The translations under genes were made by a program, and so were the position numbers. Positions 41,088 to 53,367 of a DNA stretch of 64,000 nucleotides are shown here, piece after piece; within the stretch, counting starts at the first letter, position 1, and every line of letters starts with the position of its first letter. The notes under the pieces are model-generated. The model saw nothing but the letters and a program-made list of their open reading frames with translations, did no database searches and had not been told where the DNA came from. Source of the DNA: the human T2T-CHM13v2.0 reference genome, Homo sapiens; NCBI RefSeq assembly GCF_009914755.1, contig NC_060926.1; one strand, given 5' to 3'.

Positions 41088-44000
41088 TCAAAGAGGCTCC
41101 ATCTATAAATGGTGATGGTAGCTTCTGTTGAACCACCCTGCTGAAAGTTTGAAGAGCTCATGTTCAGCCTGAGCCTTCTTTTTTGGAAAACACTTTTTTC
41201 CCCTTAGATTGTACATAATACCAGGCACACCTGGATTTCTGGATAATTGCACCCACAAGTGGCTACATGCAGACACAATTAGGTGCTTGCAACTTGTTGA
41301 AGGCACAGGTGTCTAATTGCGCCCACAAATGACCGTTTGACAGGCACCATTCATTGTGCACACCCGCTGATTATGGGCAGAAAATGGCACCAACCAAAAT
41401 GGAGGCCTGGATAGTGGAGGCGTGAAAATAGATCCTTCGTAACCCCACAGCCTTGGAATGATTGCTCACTCCTTTCTGGCTTAGTCTTTTTTGTGGAATG
41501 CCTGCCTAGGTGTTTATGGCAAGAGGCATATTTGGAATGCACAGGCTGGGAGATGAAAATGTGTATGCCCTATCCCACAAAGTAAATGCTGTCTTGGGCT
41601 TTTAAGTGAATTGGGGCTAACAAAATCCACACTGTCAACCTGAGTAGCCTTAGAGTGGATTCCACCCTGCTGGGGCTGGCTGTTTATAATGGCTAAAAAT
41701 GATGGAGTGTGAGAGAATCCCCAGGGACCCTTTGGTAAATAGTAGTTTTTAAAGGGTTAATCCAACCTAATGAATCATTTAATGGGGATGAGAAGGCCAG
41801 GATGGTAGCCTCCGGAAGAATCGGCAGGCATTTATTTAAATGGGATCAGTTAGGGAGGGAGCAGGCCAGCTGTGTGGCAGGGACTGTTGGTGCAGGTCAC
41901 TTCTCCAGGCAGGGAGTAATTGATATCCCCAGCTCTCCTAACAGCTGAAACAACAAAGCGGGACATGGAAACATGTTCACTTACACAGATTTCAATGTCC
42001 AAAGGAAATGTGGGGGACACTTAGGCCCTGCCTCTTCAGGTTTTAGGGCTTTGAAGGTGGGGAATCAGGAGTCAGCTGTTTCTCCCCCACCACATTTCAG
42101 GAAGGGCTTTGAACTGGATTTCGGTAGCTTTGCGGGCTCTTGCAGAAAGAAAGCCTTGTCAGCACTGTGGATGATAAGTATCCACCCTCTGGCCACAGCA
42201 GGTCTGGTGGTCACGGGAACCCACATCTTACATTCAACAGAGCAGCCTACGTCCACAATAAACCAACAGTCCAGGCATTGGTTTCTGAGCTTTCAGAAGG
42301 CCAATGTGAGGAAATTCAAAACACAACAGCTTGACTTGGTTTTTCCAGGGCAGAAAAAAGATTTTCTCCTAATGAGGGATGGCTTTCATAGTGTGTATTT
42401 ATTTGCAATATAAGTAAGTTCATGATTTACCCATCTTGACAAATTCTCTGTCTTGGATCTTCACATCCCTTTGTGTCCGCTCTTTATTTATGATGATAGC
42501 CGCCTATTCTTGAATGGCAATGCTGTTGTAATAAATCTCCATAAAAAGCCAATTCTCAGTTCAAGTTACTGCAGGCTGAATATGAGGAAGACAGTCAGAA
42601 AACACATATTGATTGTCCTCTTTTAGAGACTCCGTGACAGGCTCAGCTCAGAACTTCTTTCATTTTGACTGGACTGCAGCTCAACCTAATGTCAACTTAC
42701 CATAATTCTTTTATGTGGAAGGCTATTATTCCATTATGATTTTCTCTCTTGTCACCTAGTATCCAGAAAGGGTTCTGTTGGGAAGAGATTACTGGAGAAT
42801 ATTCTTCATCTCAGATATTTCGTTCCTTATGGTCTGGCCTGACCTTTCCTTGTTTATTTTAGAAAGGCAGTGGAAAATGTTCTGTCTCCTGTTTTTAGCC
42901 ATCTTTATACATAGCCTTAAGATATACAAAATTATATACATATTAGATATATTTTTATATACATATATATAATTTCTTTGGGAGTTTGGCATAAGGATAA
43001 AATTATTTGGATTTCATAATTTCATACATTCTAAGTCACAATTTTCCTATACTTGACACATTGCCTAGTATTTGATGCCCTGTTATTGGAGACAATTTAG
43101 CACTGACACAGACTAGCATGGCGTAATAGTTTTCTTTTGTACAAAGGCCATTGCAAAATTTCAGTCTGGGGCCAAACATCCCTGTAGTTATTTTTTTTAA
43201 TGTTTCATAAGTTGTAAACGTTGATACCAAGTATGTGGTGGGTGTTATAAGGCTTTGCCCTTTGTCCATTTCAAATTTTTCGTAACAACCTGCACGGTGA
43301 ATTTCTCGAGTCTTTCTTCCAAGAGCAAAGAGTCTCCATGCCAACACATCCACTTTCATCCTTTGGCCTTAACAAGTAAGCTTCACATTGGCGTGTGTTA
43401 AGAGTCACATTGATAACCACAGTTGACCAGAAGACCTACATTACTATCAGGTACCTTGAGGAGTCTAGTCTCTGATGCTAATATAGAAATCATAGGTCTC
43501 AAAGAGCTAATGCGGTATTTGAATGAGTCATTGCATCTTGAAAAATCACAGAAGTCACTGGTCATGAGGCAAATTGTTTCCATTTCTTCGTAAGCCACAA
43601 TTATATTTGCGGTGTAGATTCGGTTTTGCTTCTTAGCATTTTTATGAAGAAGCTACTTAATGGAAAAGGATTCAGAAGGCCTATTCTTAAAACTCTTAAT
43701 GACCACAATCAGCAGTAGAATATATCAGATTTATATCTGATGGTTGACTATTGTACTATCCATATTTAGTAAATCACTGCTCTAATGTTCTCAATAATAA
43801 TACCGTGGCCATCAGAAATAGTTTATACTCTTTTCCAAATTCCTGACATGTAAGAAACGCAGTAATACTAAAAGCTTCTGGTACCTCATTGTGTTGGCAT
43901 TGACCTTACCTTCTCTCTGTGGCTTTCCCTTTCCCTAATGTAGGTAGAGCTGCTGTATTTCAGGCAAGCACTCAGGTATTGGGCTATTTTAGTTGGGTTT

Positions 44001-44957
44001 TTGCTTTTTATTGATTTGGAGTTTTAAAATCTTCTTCTACCACGAACTCTACCCCTGACAAACGGTGAGAAAATAAATAGAATTGCTAGTCTTCATCACA
44101 CGGAAAAGAGCTAGTGAGCTATTTCGTTTCCTCCCTTTTTCTGCCCCCTTCTCTTTTCCCAGCTTCCCATTTATAGCCCTGCTTTGCAGAGACAGCAACA
44201 GATACTCTAGAAGCAGGATGAACATGAGAGTGGATTTACAACATGGAAAGCAAAGGCCATGCATTCCTAAAGGGCAGGGAAGGCCTTAAGGGCAGGGCTT
44301 TGACTTTTCACCACTGCCTCCTCTGCCTAGCACCTGCATGCAGTGGGCATTCAACTAATATTTAAGGCAGAACAGGAAGGAAAGGCAAAAACTTGGGAAG
44401 AAATATACAACTGAGGAGAAAATTTCCAGACATTTCACTGTGAAGGTGTCAGAAAAGACAGTTCTCTATTTTCAGCCATACTAAGTGGACATTCTACTTG
44501 TATTATTCTGTGAATTTTCTAATTGAGTCATGAAAATTCTTTCATTGAAAGCACATTCTTTTTTAGTACTTTGTATTTTTCCTCATAAAAAAGATTTCCT
44601 CTAACATAAATGCATAAAGCAATAGAAAATCATGATTGAGATGACATGGCATGTTTTCCACATTTCAATTTTCAATACTTTGTATCTATCCCAGAGAATT
44701 CTTTCCACAGCACACTTTTCTTATTTTTGTTATTCATCCAGACCTGAATTTTTTAATACATTCAGCAATTTTTATCAAACATGAGTGATTGGAGTTTTTC
44801 CAGACAAGTAATGTTTTTTTTTCAAGTGTGAGATTTTGTGTGCGTGCATGTGTGTGTGCGTGTGCATATCTTCTGTAGAGTTATAGAAAGCTCAGTTTTA
44901 AAAGGTGGCCAAAAAAATGAATCAATGAATAAAGTGGAATTAAGAGTCACCCGTAAC

Positions 44958-45082
44958 CTTGATGCTAGTGGTGGTACAGATGTGTACATTTGTAAAACCT
45001 CATGGAACTGAACAGTTAAAATTGATACATTTATTGTATATACATTATACTTCAATAAAATTTTTAATTAAAGAAAATAAAA
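44958..45082 (+). mobile_element. Old L1M 3' end
   Basis: gtgtacatttgtaaaacctcatggaactg...cattatacttcaataaaa. Confidence 0.7.
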
Positions 45083-45332
45083 GCTCATCTTCATCTGGGC
45101 TTTACTTGCTAGTCCATGTCATGGCGGAGCTTCAGTTCTTAGGAAATCTTCCATTGCTATGGCCCTTGCTGTTCCCTGGCAAACTCCAACTCTCAGGGAT
45201 CTCTACAATGCCCTGGCTTTCAAAAGCACAGGAGAGAACCCAAGCAAGCCTGGCTGCTTTGTGCTGCTCCTTAGAAACGAATTTCCATGTTCTTGGGCCA
45301 CAGAATAGTCTGCCATTCAAATAAGCATCTCT

Positions 45333-45640
45333 GGCTGGGCATGGTGGCTCATGCCCATAATCCCAGCACACCAGGAGGCTGAGGCAGGTGGATCCTTTGA
45401 ATCCAGGAGTTTCAGACCAGTCTGGGTAACATGGCAAAACCCCATTTCTACAAAAAATACAGATATTAACTGAGCATATTGGTGCATGTCTGTGGTCTCA
45501 GCTACTCAGGAGGCTGAGATAGGAGGATCTCTTGAGCCCGGGAGGTCGAGGCAGCTGTAGTAAGCTGTGATCGCACCACTGCCCTGCAGCCTGGGTGGTG
45601 AAGCGAGACCCTGTCTCAATTAATCAATCAATCAATCAAA
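45333..45640 (+). mobile_element. AluJ (Jb-like)
   Basis: ggaggatctcttgagcccgggaggtcgaggc; (AATC)n tail. Confidence 0.92.
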
Positions 45641-46494
45641 TCCTGAGCCATATCACTCTTTTTATCAAATCACTATGCCACAGGATGAGATTAAATCTCA
45701 CCACAGGATCTCACCAAAATCAGGCTCTCCAAACCTCTGTTCCCACAGCAACTCCAGATCCAGTCCCATCTCAAATGCTGTCTCTAAACAGAGAGATGCA
45801 GACAGAGATGAGGAACTCATCAAGGTGCATGTTTCTGTGTCTGGAAGTAGGAGCAGGCTGGAAGAGATGGGCACAGTGGAAGTCATTTTGGTACCTTCCT
45901 TTTTATTTACTCCCTTGGGTCTGAGCAGGCAAGACTTGTCTTGGCATGTTTTCTATTTATACAACTAATTGCAAATTAATTGCACCCTCACATTGTCGTC
46001 TCTATTGGAGAATTGCTAGAGGACTCTAGTTAGGGATGATTCACTTTCTCAGAAGTAGACTAACATAATTGCATATGTAGTTACTAAAGTTAGTTATAGG
46101 CACAGATATCTGAGCCTAAAGGAAGTTTGTCAGGAACCAAAAATCTATCAGACACCCTCCTACACTCCATGCCTCTCCTATTTCCCTGTCCACTAACATC
46201 TTTAGCACAGCTGAAAGAGGGAGTTCTTCTAGGTCTTTTGCTTTTCATTTTCTCTACCCTGGAAATGTTGAAAGCTGTATCAAGCTGAAGAAGCATAAGC
46301 TGCAACAAAGCTTTTCTCCCCCAAGGTGGTTTCCAAAGTGAATGACCACTGGCTCTTTCTAAGTATTTTATCCTCTAGTACTTACATTCATACCTATTGG
46401 TATGAATATACCAACACATGAATGTACACATGGACAATAGGTAAACATTATTGTTCTCTCTACATATTATTCCGATGCTTTATTTATCCAATAC

Positions 46495-47022
46495 AGGAAA
46501 AGAAATCTATTGGTAGATGTAACTGAATTGAAAAGTCCAAGGACAGACTTATCTTCAGGTTCAGCTACCCAAGATCTCATAAAAGGCTGTCAGCACTTGG
46601 CTTCTTTCTCCCCATCTCTCGACTGTTTTCTTCATTGTTGGCTTTGCTCTCAGGCACGCTCTTCCACCATGGTGGCAAGATGGCTGCCCACAGCATCAGG
46701 CTTACTTCCCCTCTTCTCAGCTACTCCACAAAAGAGGGATCCTCTCATTTTAACATTTTCCACAGAAGTCCTAGGATCATCTCAGGTTGCTTTTATCGCG
46801 GTATGTTTTTAACCATACACAATCACTGTGCCCGAGGGGATGGAACGTTCTGATGGTCCAGGCCTGGGTCACATGCCCCTCTGGAGTCCAGAGTGGAGTC
46901 ATTCCACCTGAACCACATGGACTGAGAGTGGGCATGGAATGATTCCCAAAAGAACAGAAGGCTGTCACCAGGATAAAGTAGGACAGATGCTAGACTGGCA
47001 AAAACAGCAACTTTCTTCCACT
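46495..47022 (-). mobile_element. MLT1K/J-like MaLR LTR, left end missing
   Basis: ggtggcaagatggctgcc...aatcactgtgcccgagggga...ccaggcctgggtcacatgccc...gatgctagactggcaaaaac. Confidence 0.7.
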
Positions 47023-47749
47023 GTCTCAACTCGGATCACAAGGGAAGAAGGAAAGATAGGATCAAGGATGAAGGAGAAAAGTAGAAGCTGTTGCCACATA
47101 TTCACAAGAAGTAGGATGAGTACCAAATCCCTAAAAAATGTTCTGTCAAACCAGTACACCAAACCCTCTCTGCTTCCGGTCTGCTTGTCATTTGACCCAC
47201 AGGCTTCAAGAATACTTCCTCAAGTAAATATAGTCCAGTGATTCATCCATCAGATAATCCCATATAAAGGAAAAAGACAAGAGAGACAAGAATTATGTCT
47301 GTTTTGAGACCAGGATGGTCTCTTGGCTGTTGCCCAACTTCCTTTGGGTTTGGCTGCATCTGTCCCTCACTTTAGAGCTCCACGTGTCATTGTGTTTGTC
47401 TTTCCCTGAGAATGTGAATAATCCCAAGTCTAAGTCATCCAGCATTTCTCAGAGAGGTGACATCAATGTAGACCCACCAAGGAGTAGCAGTTAGACATCT
47501 AGAATATAACTAGGACAAGACAAAAAAACTGTTTAGAGAGAGTGTACATTTTAGTGTATTTTGTATAAGTTTTTTCAATGAACATAGTCCATACATTTTG
47601 GGAAAGTGGTAATAACTTGCTTCATTTCCATCTGGAGGAAGCAGATTTTTGGAGGAGAAATAAGCCTCTAAACATATTTGAATATTTGAAAGACTGAGAA
47701 AAGCACATGAGAAGTTATGGAATCAAGAATAAATAAAAAGTTGGGGCAG

Positions 47750-47900
47750 GAATAATAATAACTGCCTACCATTATCAGTCACTTACCACACCCATGCACC
47801 ATGCTGAGTGCTTTACAGACTTTCTCATTTAACCCTCCTAGCTACTCAGTGGAAGCAAATAACCATTACTATCCCAATTTGACAGAGGAAGAAACAGACT
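47750..47900 (-). mobile_element. MIR fragment
   Basis: atgctgagtgctttaca...tctcatttaacc...tatcccaatttgacagaggaagaaac. Confidence 0.75.
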
Positions 47901-48377
47901 GTCTTACAGAGGAAACATTCGTTCATTGGAAACCCAGAACTGTTGTTCCTAACCTCCCTGATGTCTCATATTTTGATGCTCATTGCAAGATCTGTGTTGA
48001 TGGACAGGATTGCTGAGCTCAAGGTTGGCTGGAACCTAAACACAGACATACAAGGAGGGAATCAGGAGGGACCCCAGTCAGATGAGATAAAAAGAGAAGG
48101 TCTGGTGGTTCAGGTCACTGAAGAAAAGGAAGCTGTCCGGTTTGGATAAAAATTCAATGTCCTCACAGGCAGAGGAGAGCAAAGCCTGAGAAAGAATCTC
48201 ATAAAAGACAAAGGCAAAGGTTCTGTTGGCATCAGGATGGTCCAGCAGGGAACGAAGACACCCAGGCATGGACATTAAGATTCAAGGCTAGGATCTCATT
48301 TAATGGTCACACCTAGACAAAGTGGAAGGATAATCCTACCAGTGATGATGTCTTACAGTGTGTAACTGGGCTTTGTC

Positions 48378-48571
48378 AGTTACACAGTGCTTTTTCATAC
48401 TTCCCTAATTTTATCTTCTCCCAGCAGGCCTAGGAGCTTGCTTAGTATCATAATTCCCACTTCCGAGTGAAGAAAATAAACACAGAGAAGTTTCTCATTC
48501 AAAGCCAATGGCAGAGCTGGAACTTGAACCCAGGTGTTTTGCCTCAGAGCCCAGTGCTCTTGTTTACTATA
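48378..48571 (-). mobile_element. MIR
   Basis: aatggcagagctggaacttgaacccaggt...agagcccagtgctct. Confidence 0.7.
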
Positions 48572-48759
48572 GTGAGCTGAGCGTAACATCAAGGTTGACT
48601 TGTTCATTGGAATTGCTGTACGCCTTGGGAGCTTGGTCATTAGGCAACAAGCAAGATGCCAGTCACTGGGAGAGAAAGGGATGAGGCTGAAACTCAAATG
48701 AGTACCCATTTAAAGAAAAGAAAACCCCTTCTTTCCCACAACAGGAATCTCCAGCGAAC

Positions 48760-48875
48760 ATCCACTAATAAACTTTATATTGGGTGCCTACCATGAGCCA
48801 GGCACTGGAGAGTGAACGGTGAACTCGGTAATAGTCCTTACCATCACAGAGCTCACAGTTCGTTGGAGACACCAG
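48760..48875 (-). mobile_element. L2 3' end
   Basis: ttgggtgcctaccatgagccaggcactg...gagctcacagt. Confidence 0.65.
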
Positions 48876-50244
48876 AAAACAGGTGATTAAATACAATGGT
48901 TATTGATTCCATAGAGGCAGAATGTTTCCCATACAACTATAATGCCTGCGTTATATTTAAGGTTTTTCATGATCTTATATATCTTACCATATAAATCTAA
49001 ATCAATCATAACGTATATTTCTGAGATGATTACTCAGTTAGCTCATAGGAGGGGCATCTGATTCAGAAGTAAAGGATCAGGAAGAAGCGGCATCTGGAAC
49101 AAGTACAGATGGCCAAATCAAGAACCTTTCTCTTGGCCTCTGAGCTACTTGCCCAAACCGAACTCTGTCTTCAAGGTTCCCTTAATGCAGTCCCCTTGTC
49201 AGAAGCCACACCTGCAGCAGATGCCCCATGGCACTGACTCAGCCTTGAGCAGAAGCACTGTGTTTTGTCTTTCATCTCATTGCCCAGCTAGGTGCAACCT
49301 GGATAGACATTGTGGCCCATACCTTTTTTATATACTTTATATTTGGGTTTTTAATTGTTGTCACCATCACCAACCAAGGAGTAAGATGGCCCTCTGGGTC
49401 AGAGTAACATTAGAAGTTTTGTCCATCCAGTTTTAGAACTACAGAGGAAAGAGGAGAGCATTATTTTTTTAAGAGTAAGCATTTGATTTCTGAAAGCAAT
49501 TCTGATTGCCTATCCCTGACAAATGAATTGTTCCCCAGAAGCCATTTCTTTCTACCAGAAAAAATACTAGAGAACAACAAGTAAATTTAAATTTAGTTAT
49601 TTTTCCCCACCTTGATTGTCCATGTTATTATTGTTTAAATGGTGGTGATGAAGGTAATTAACTTTTTAATTCATTTTTTGGTTGTAGTTGATGCATTTTT
49701 TAAAACCCCAACTGAGTGAGTGCCACAATTACAAATGGCTCTAAGACTGCTAAAATTTCAATGGGTATTTTTCAGCTTCTGGTTTTGCCAAATTTTAGTT
49801 CACTAAACCACACTTAAATTAATTTGCTAAGTAGAAAATTCCCCAATGGGATGTTAGTGAAGGATAAGTATGTTGTAAATAAAACAATTAAAGGGCTAGT
49901 TCACACCTCATCAAATTGCTTAACAACCTGATACCAGTTAACTACATACATTCCTCATAAACTGCATGGAACATGGAACAAGGAGGTAAATTAGAGTCCC
50001 CCTTTTCTGAAGTGGGACGCAATTACCCTTAAACTGAGGTCCAGTATTACGGTGGCGAGAGGTGGGGTAGAAATGCCACAGTATGACCTTGTTGGCTGTG
50101 GAAATATCTGCATAATGCTGTCAATAGGGATTGCAAATTCTGATCCAGAAATCCCGTTAGGCAGAGCAAGTTCCCCTTCCTAATTGTAGCCTCATAGACA
50201 CAAGAGTAATATAAGATCATGGATTCATTTTATCCCAACATTCC

Positions 50245-50790
50245 TCCAATGTGCTGTCACCCATATCATTTCATCCACTCTTATGAGAAGAAAAGCACAT
50301 ATTACTTTACAGATGGAGAAACCAATGCACAGATAAGTGAAGAGGCCCAGTCAGGGTCACACTTGCAGAGGGCAGGCTGAAGGGCAGCAACGTGAGCTGA
50401 GTTCATCTTGGCCTGGAGCCTGTGTGGTTTCTGGCAGGGCCATGAAATTATAACCCCTGTCAACTCATTGGAGGCCACCTACACAAATGCCTTCATTTTA
50501 CAGAGTTGAAGATAAGGCCTGAGAAAGTAAAGTGACTTGTCTGAAACTTCCTGGGATATGACCCAGTGTCCGGAGCTCCTATCCGAGGTCCCTTCTCACT
50601 TCTGCAGCAGTCGCTTGCCTGGAGTTATTTAGGGATAATTTATTTTTTAAGATGTAAATGTGAACCAGGTAAGGTGATGGAAATTTTAGTCTGCCTCTCA
50701 GGACACTTCCCCTCTTTAAAGTGGGGAATTGGGATGGCACACACCTATTAGCAGAGGATGCAAACTGAACACAATGATGTGGAAATCTAG
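50245..50790. mobile_element. Cluster of MIR fragments (two on -, one probable on +)
   Basis: tttacagatggagaaacc; cattttacagagttgaagataaggcctgagaaagtaaagtgacttgtc; cttcccctctttaaagtgggga. Confidence 0.6.
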
Positions 50791-50814
50791 AGAGCAAGAT
50801 TTATTCACATGGGT

Positions 50815-51105
50815 CAGGGACCATGTGAATAAACCCAAATAGCTATAGGGGCACATGGGAAATGTCAGTGAGAGAAGCAGGTGGGAGCAGAGCCTAAAGA
50901 GGACAAAGTCCCTTCCTCAAGAGCATAGCTTCACTTGACCATGACCTCCAAGGAAGGCAAGTCCTGAGATTAAAGAAAAGCAGGAAAACTGAATTTTTAT
51001 GTGAAAGCCCTTGACTTTGAAGTGTCAGCAACTGGCTGAAAATTTTTTAAACAGTGTGTTGGGGATGGGAGTGTATAAAAATGAGCCTACAGATTGCAAC
51101 CTCTG
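50815..51105 (-). mobile_element. MER102-like hAT-Charlie element
   Basis: aaacccaaatagctatagggg...gaatttttatgtgaaa...tttttaaacagtgtg...ttgcaacctctg. Confidence 0.6.
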
Positions 51106-51369
51106 TTAGAGGATTTCCTACCCTGACATATCAGTGTAGAGTAGGACATTTAGGGTCCATACCACTCAGCCATAAAGTTTGGATTTGTTTACAAATGTAT
51201 TTGCTTGTTCATTCAAGGTCTTTGGACAATCACCTTATACTCCACATAGAAGATCCAATTTTATTTTTATTTTTTAAAGACTGAGTGTGACTTCGAACTC
51301 AGAAAATATTGAGGGCCTCAGTATGATTGGTCCTTTTGTTTGTTTATTCACTTTTAAAATTCAGTTTCC

Positions 51370-51522
51370 ATCACAACCCTGCAAGGGGAGGAAAGGCAGT
51401 CCCAATATTCCCATTTTACACATGAGGTTATTGAGGCTCAGGAAGGGTATTTTCATGAAGTGCCTCGCACAATTCAAGCCCAGTCTTCACCCTCTGAGTT
51501 GCACACTCTCTCCCAGTGCACT
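51370..51522 (-). mobile_element. MIR fragment
   Basis: tcacaaccctgcaagg...cccattttacacatgagg...tgaggctcag. Confidence 0.65.
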
Positions 51523-53367
51523 GATGCACCCAGAGATCCCTCAGAACTGAAAACTGTGGGAGCACCTGCCCACCATAGAGGACAAATGAACCTAGTTCCA
51601 GAACAGGTGGGCAGGTTTTGAAGCCTCAGGTCCATAAAGCAAAGGCAGAGCCTGGAATTCCATCTCTCTGAAGTTCAAAAACCAGCTGGCATGGGGCAAA
51701 CGGTAAATAACATTTTATTGGGTAATGGCTCTTTAGTTTTAAATCACTTCAGCATTTACTTTTAATTAATTTCTTTAAATTAGACGACTCATACTTGTAA
51801 ATATTTGCTTTTCTATGATAAGCTTTTATTTAAATTATTAAAGCTGCAGCTTCGTGACTGATTTTAAGAATTGAGGTTGCCGCTATACTAATGATAGAAG
51901 GCATGTGATTAAAAACAAGGAAACCATTTCACATTGGTATATAAACCAACACCAAATATGGCTGGAGCAAAGCAGCACTCAAACAAATAGAAGAGAGGGT
52001 GAACTTACAGTTTTCTTTGATTTGTTCAAGGAATAAATCAATAAATCAGGGAGTTAGAGAACAATGTAGGATGAAATAACATCTAAAGGAGCTCACTCAC
52101 AATAAAACCTTGTCTTGCTCTCTCTTTTCTAAAAGCACTCATCAATGGCCCTGGACCCACATACTAGTTTGCTAAAAGGAGTGAGAGTAGGTCATGGGAG
52201 GGGGGTTATGGAGAGGCTCAGGACAGTGAGTAACTGTACAAGAACATTTGAGACAAAAAAAAAGAAGAAGTAATGATGAGAGCAGAGTAATTGCATAGCC
52301 CTCATCAGTTTGGGTTATTATAAGCCTTGATGTGCTAGCTGCTCCATTTTACCAGCATCAAAGGCAAGTATGGAACCCACAGAAGGTAGGCTGACAGGCT
52401 GGATTACAGCAAAAGGAGAAATGACAAAGGATACTCTAATTTCAATAAAAGAAGATTTGAATGTAAAAGGTTTGTAATTACATTAATAACCAGTCTTTAC
52501 CAACCATGTAATGATCAGCCAGAGTAAGAAGAGACCAAGGCAGGATGGGGGAAATTCACCACAAGTCATCAATACCTAAGAACCTGTTAATAACTTTTAT
52601 TATTTGTTGAAAATCATCTTGACAACACAGTTCAGTAACCTTTGTGCTATAAATCCATTTCATCTGCAAAAATGAAAGCTGAATAGAATGTGATATTATA
52701 TAGAATCTCTCATGCTGATGCTATCTCCAAAGTGCTCTGCCAAATAATGAGCTGGATTCTGGATGGGAGGGCTGTGGGGGGCCAACAGCAGATACTTGTG
52801 TATGCCTACCAGGCCCAGCTTGGGGCTTTGGAACCAGCTTAGCATAGACTGAAATGAAGGCTGAAAGTTACCCTTCACCCTTTACTGAAAATTATCATGG
52901 GGTGCTTAGATTCTACATCAAAATTAATAGAGAGAAGCCAAAAGCACTTCCATTTATTATCTGGTGGAAACTGGGGAATGGATCCCATTGCTTTGGTGCT
53001 GGGTATGGGGGAGAATGTTAGAATAATCATCCCCAAAATGTATGTAATCATGTTTGTGGCCAAATAGGGTACCGTAATCCAAATAAACCCCAGGTGGCAC
53101 TCTGGGACCAAGCTATGCCTCCTTCCTGCCCTCCCTGCAATTGAGAGGGGTACCAAAAAGCCCAGGGCACTATTGAGAGAAGGATGAGGGAAGCCCTTTT
53201 CACAGGAAGCTGGCATGGAGATGAGATAGTCAGAATTGGGAGGTACTAATGTCAAATCCTTCCTACCCAGAAGCAAACTCGGCACTCCTCATTTTTACAT
53301 TGGTCCCTGATCCATTTATCTTTTGACTACCTTATCCCAATTAAACTACTAATGTGCTCATTTCTTT

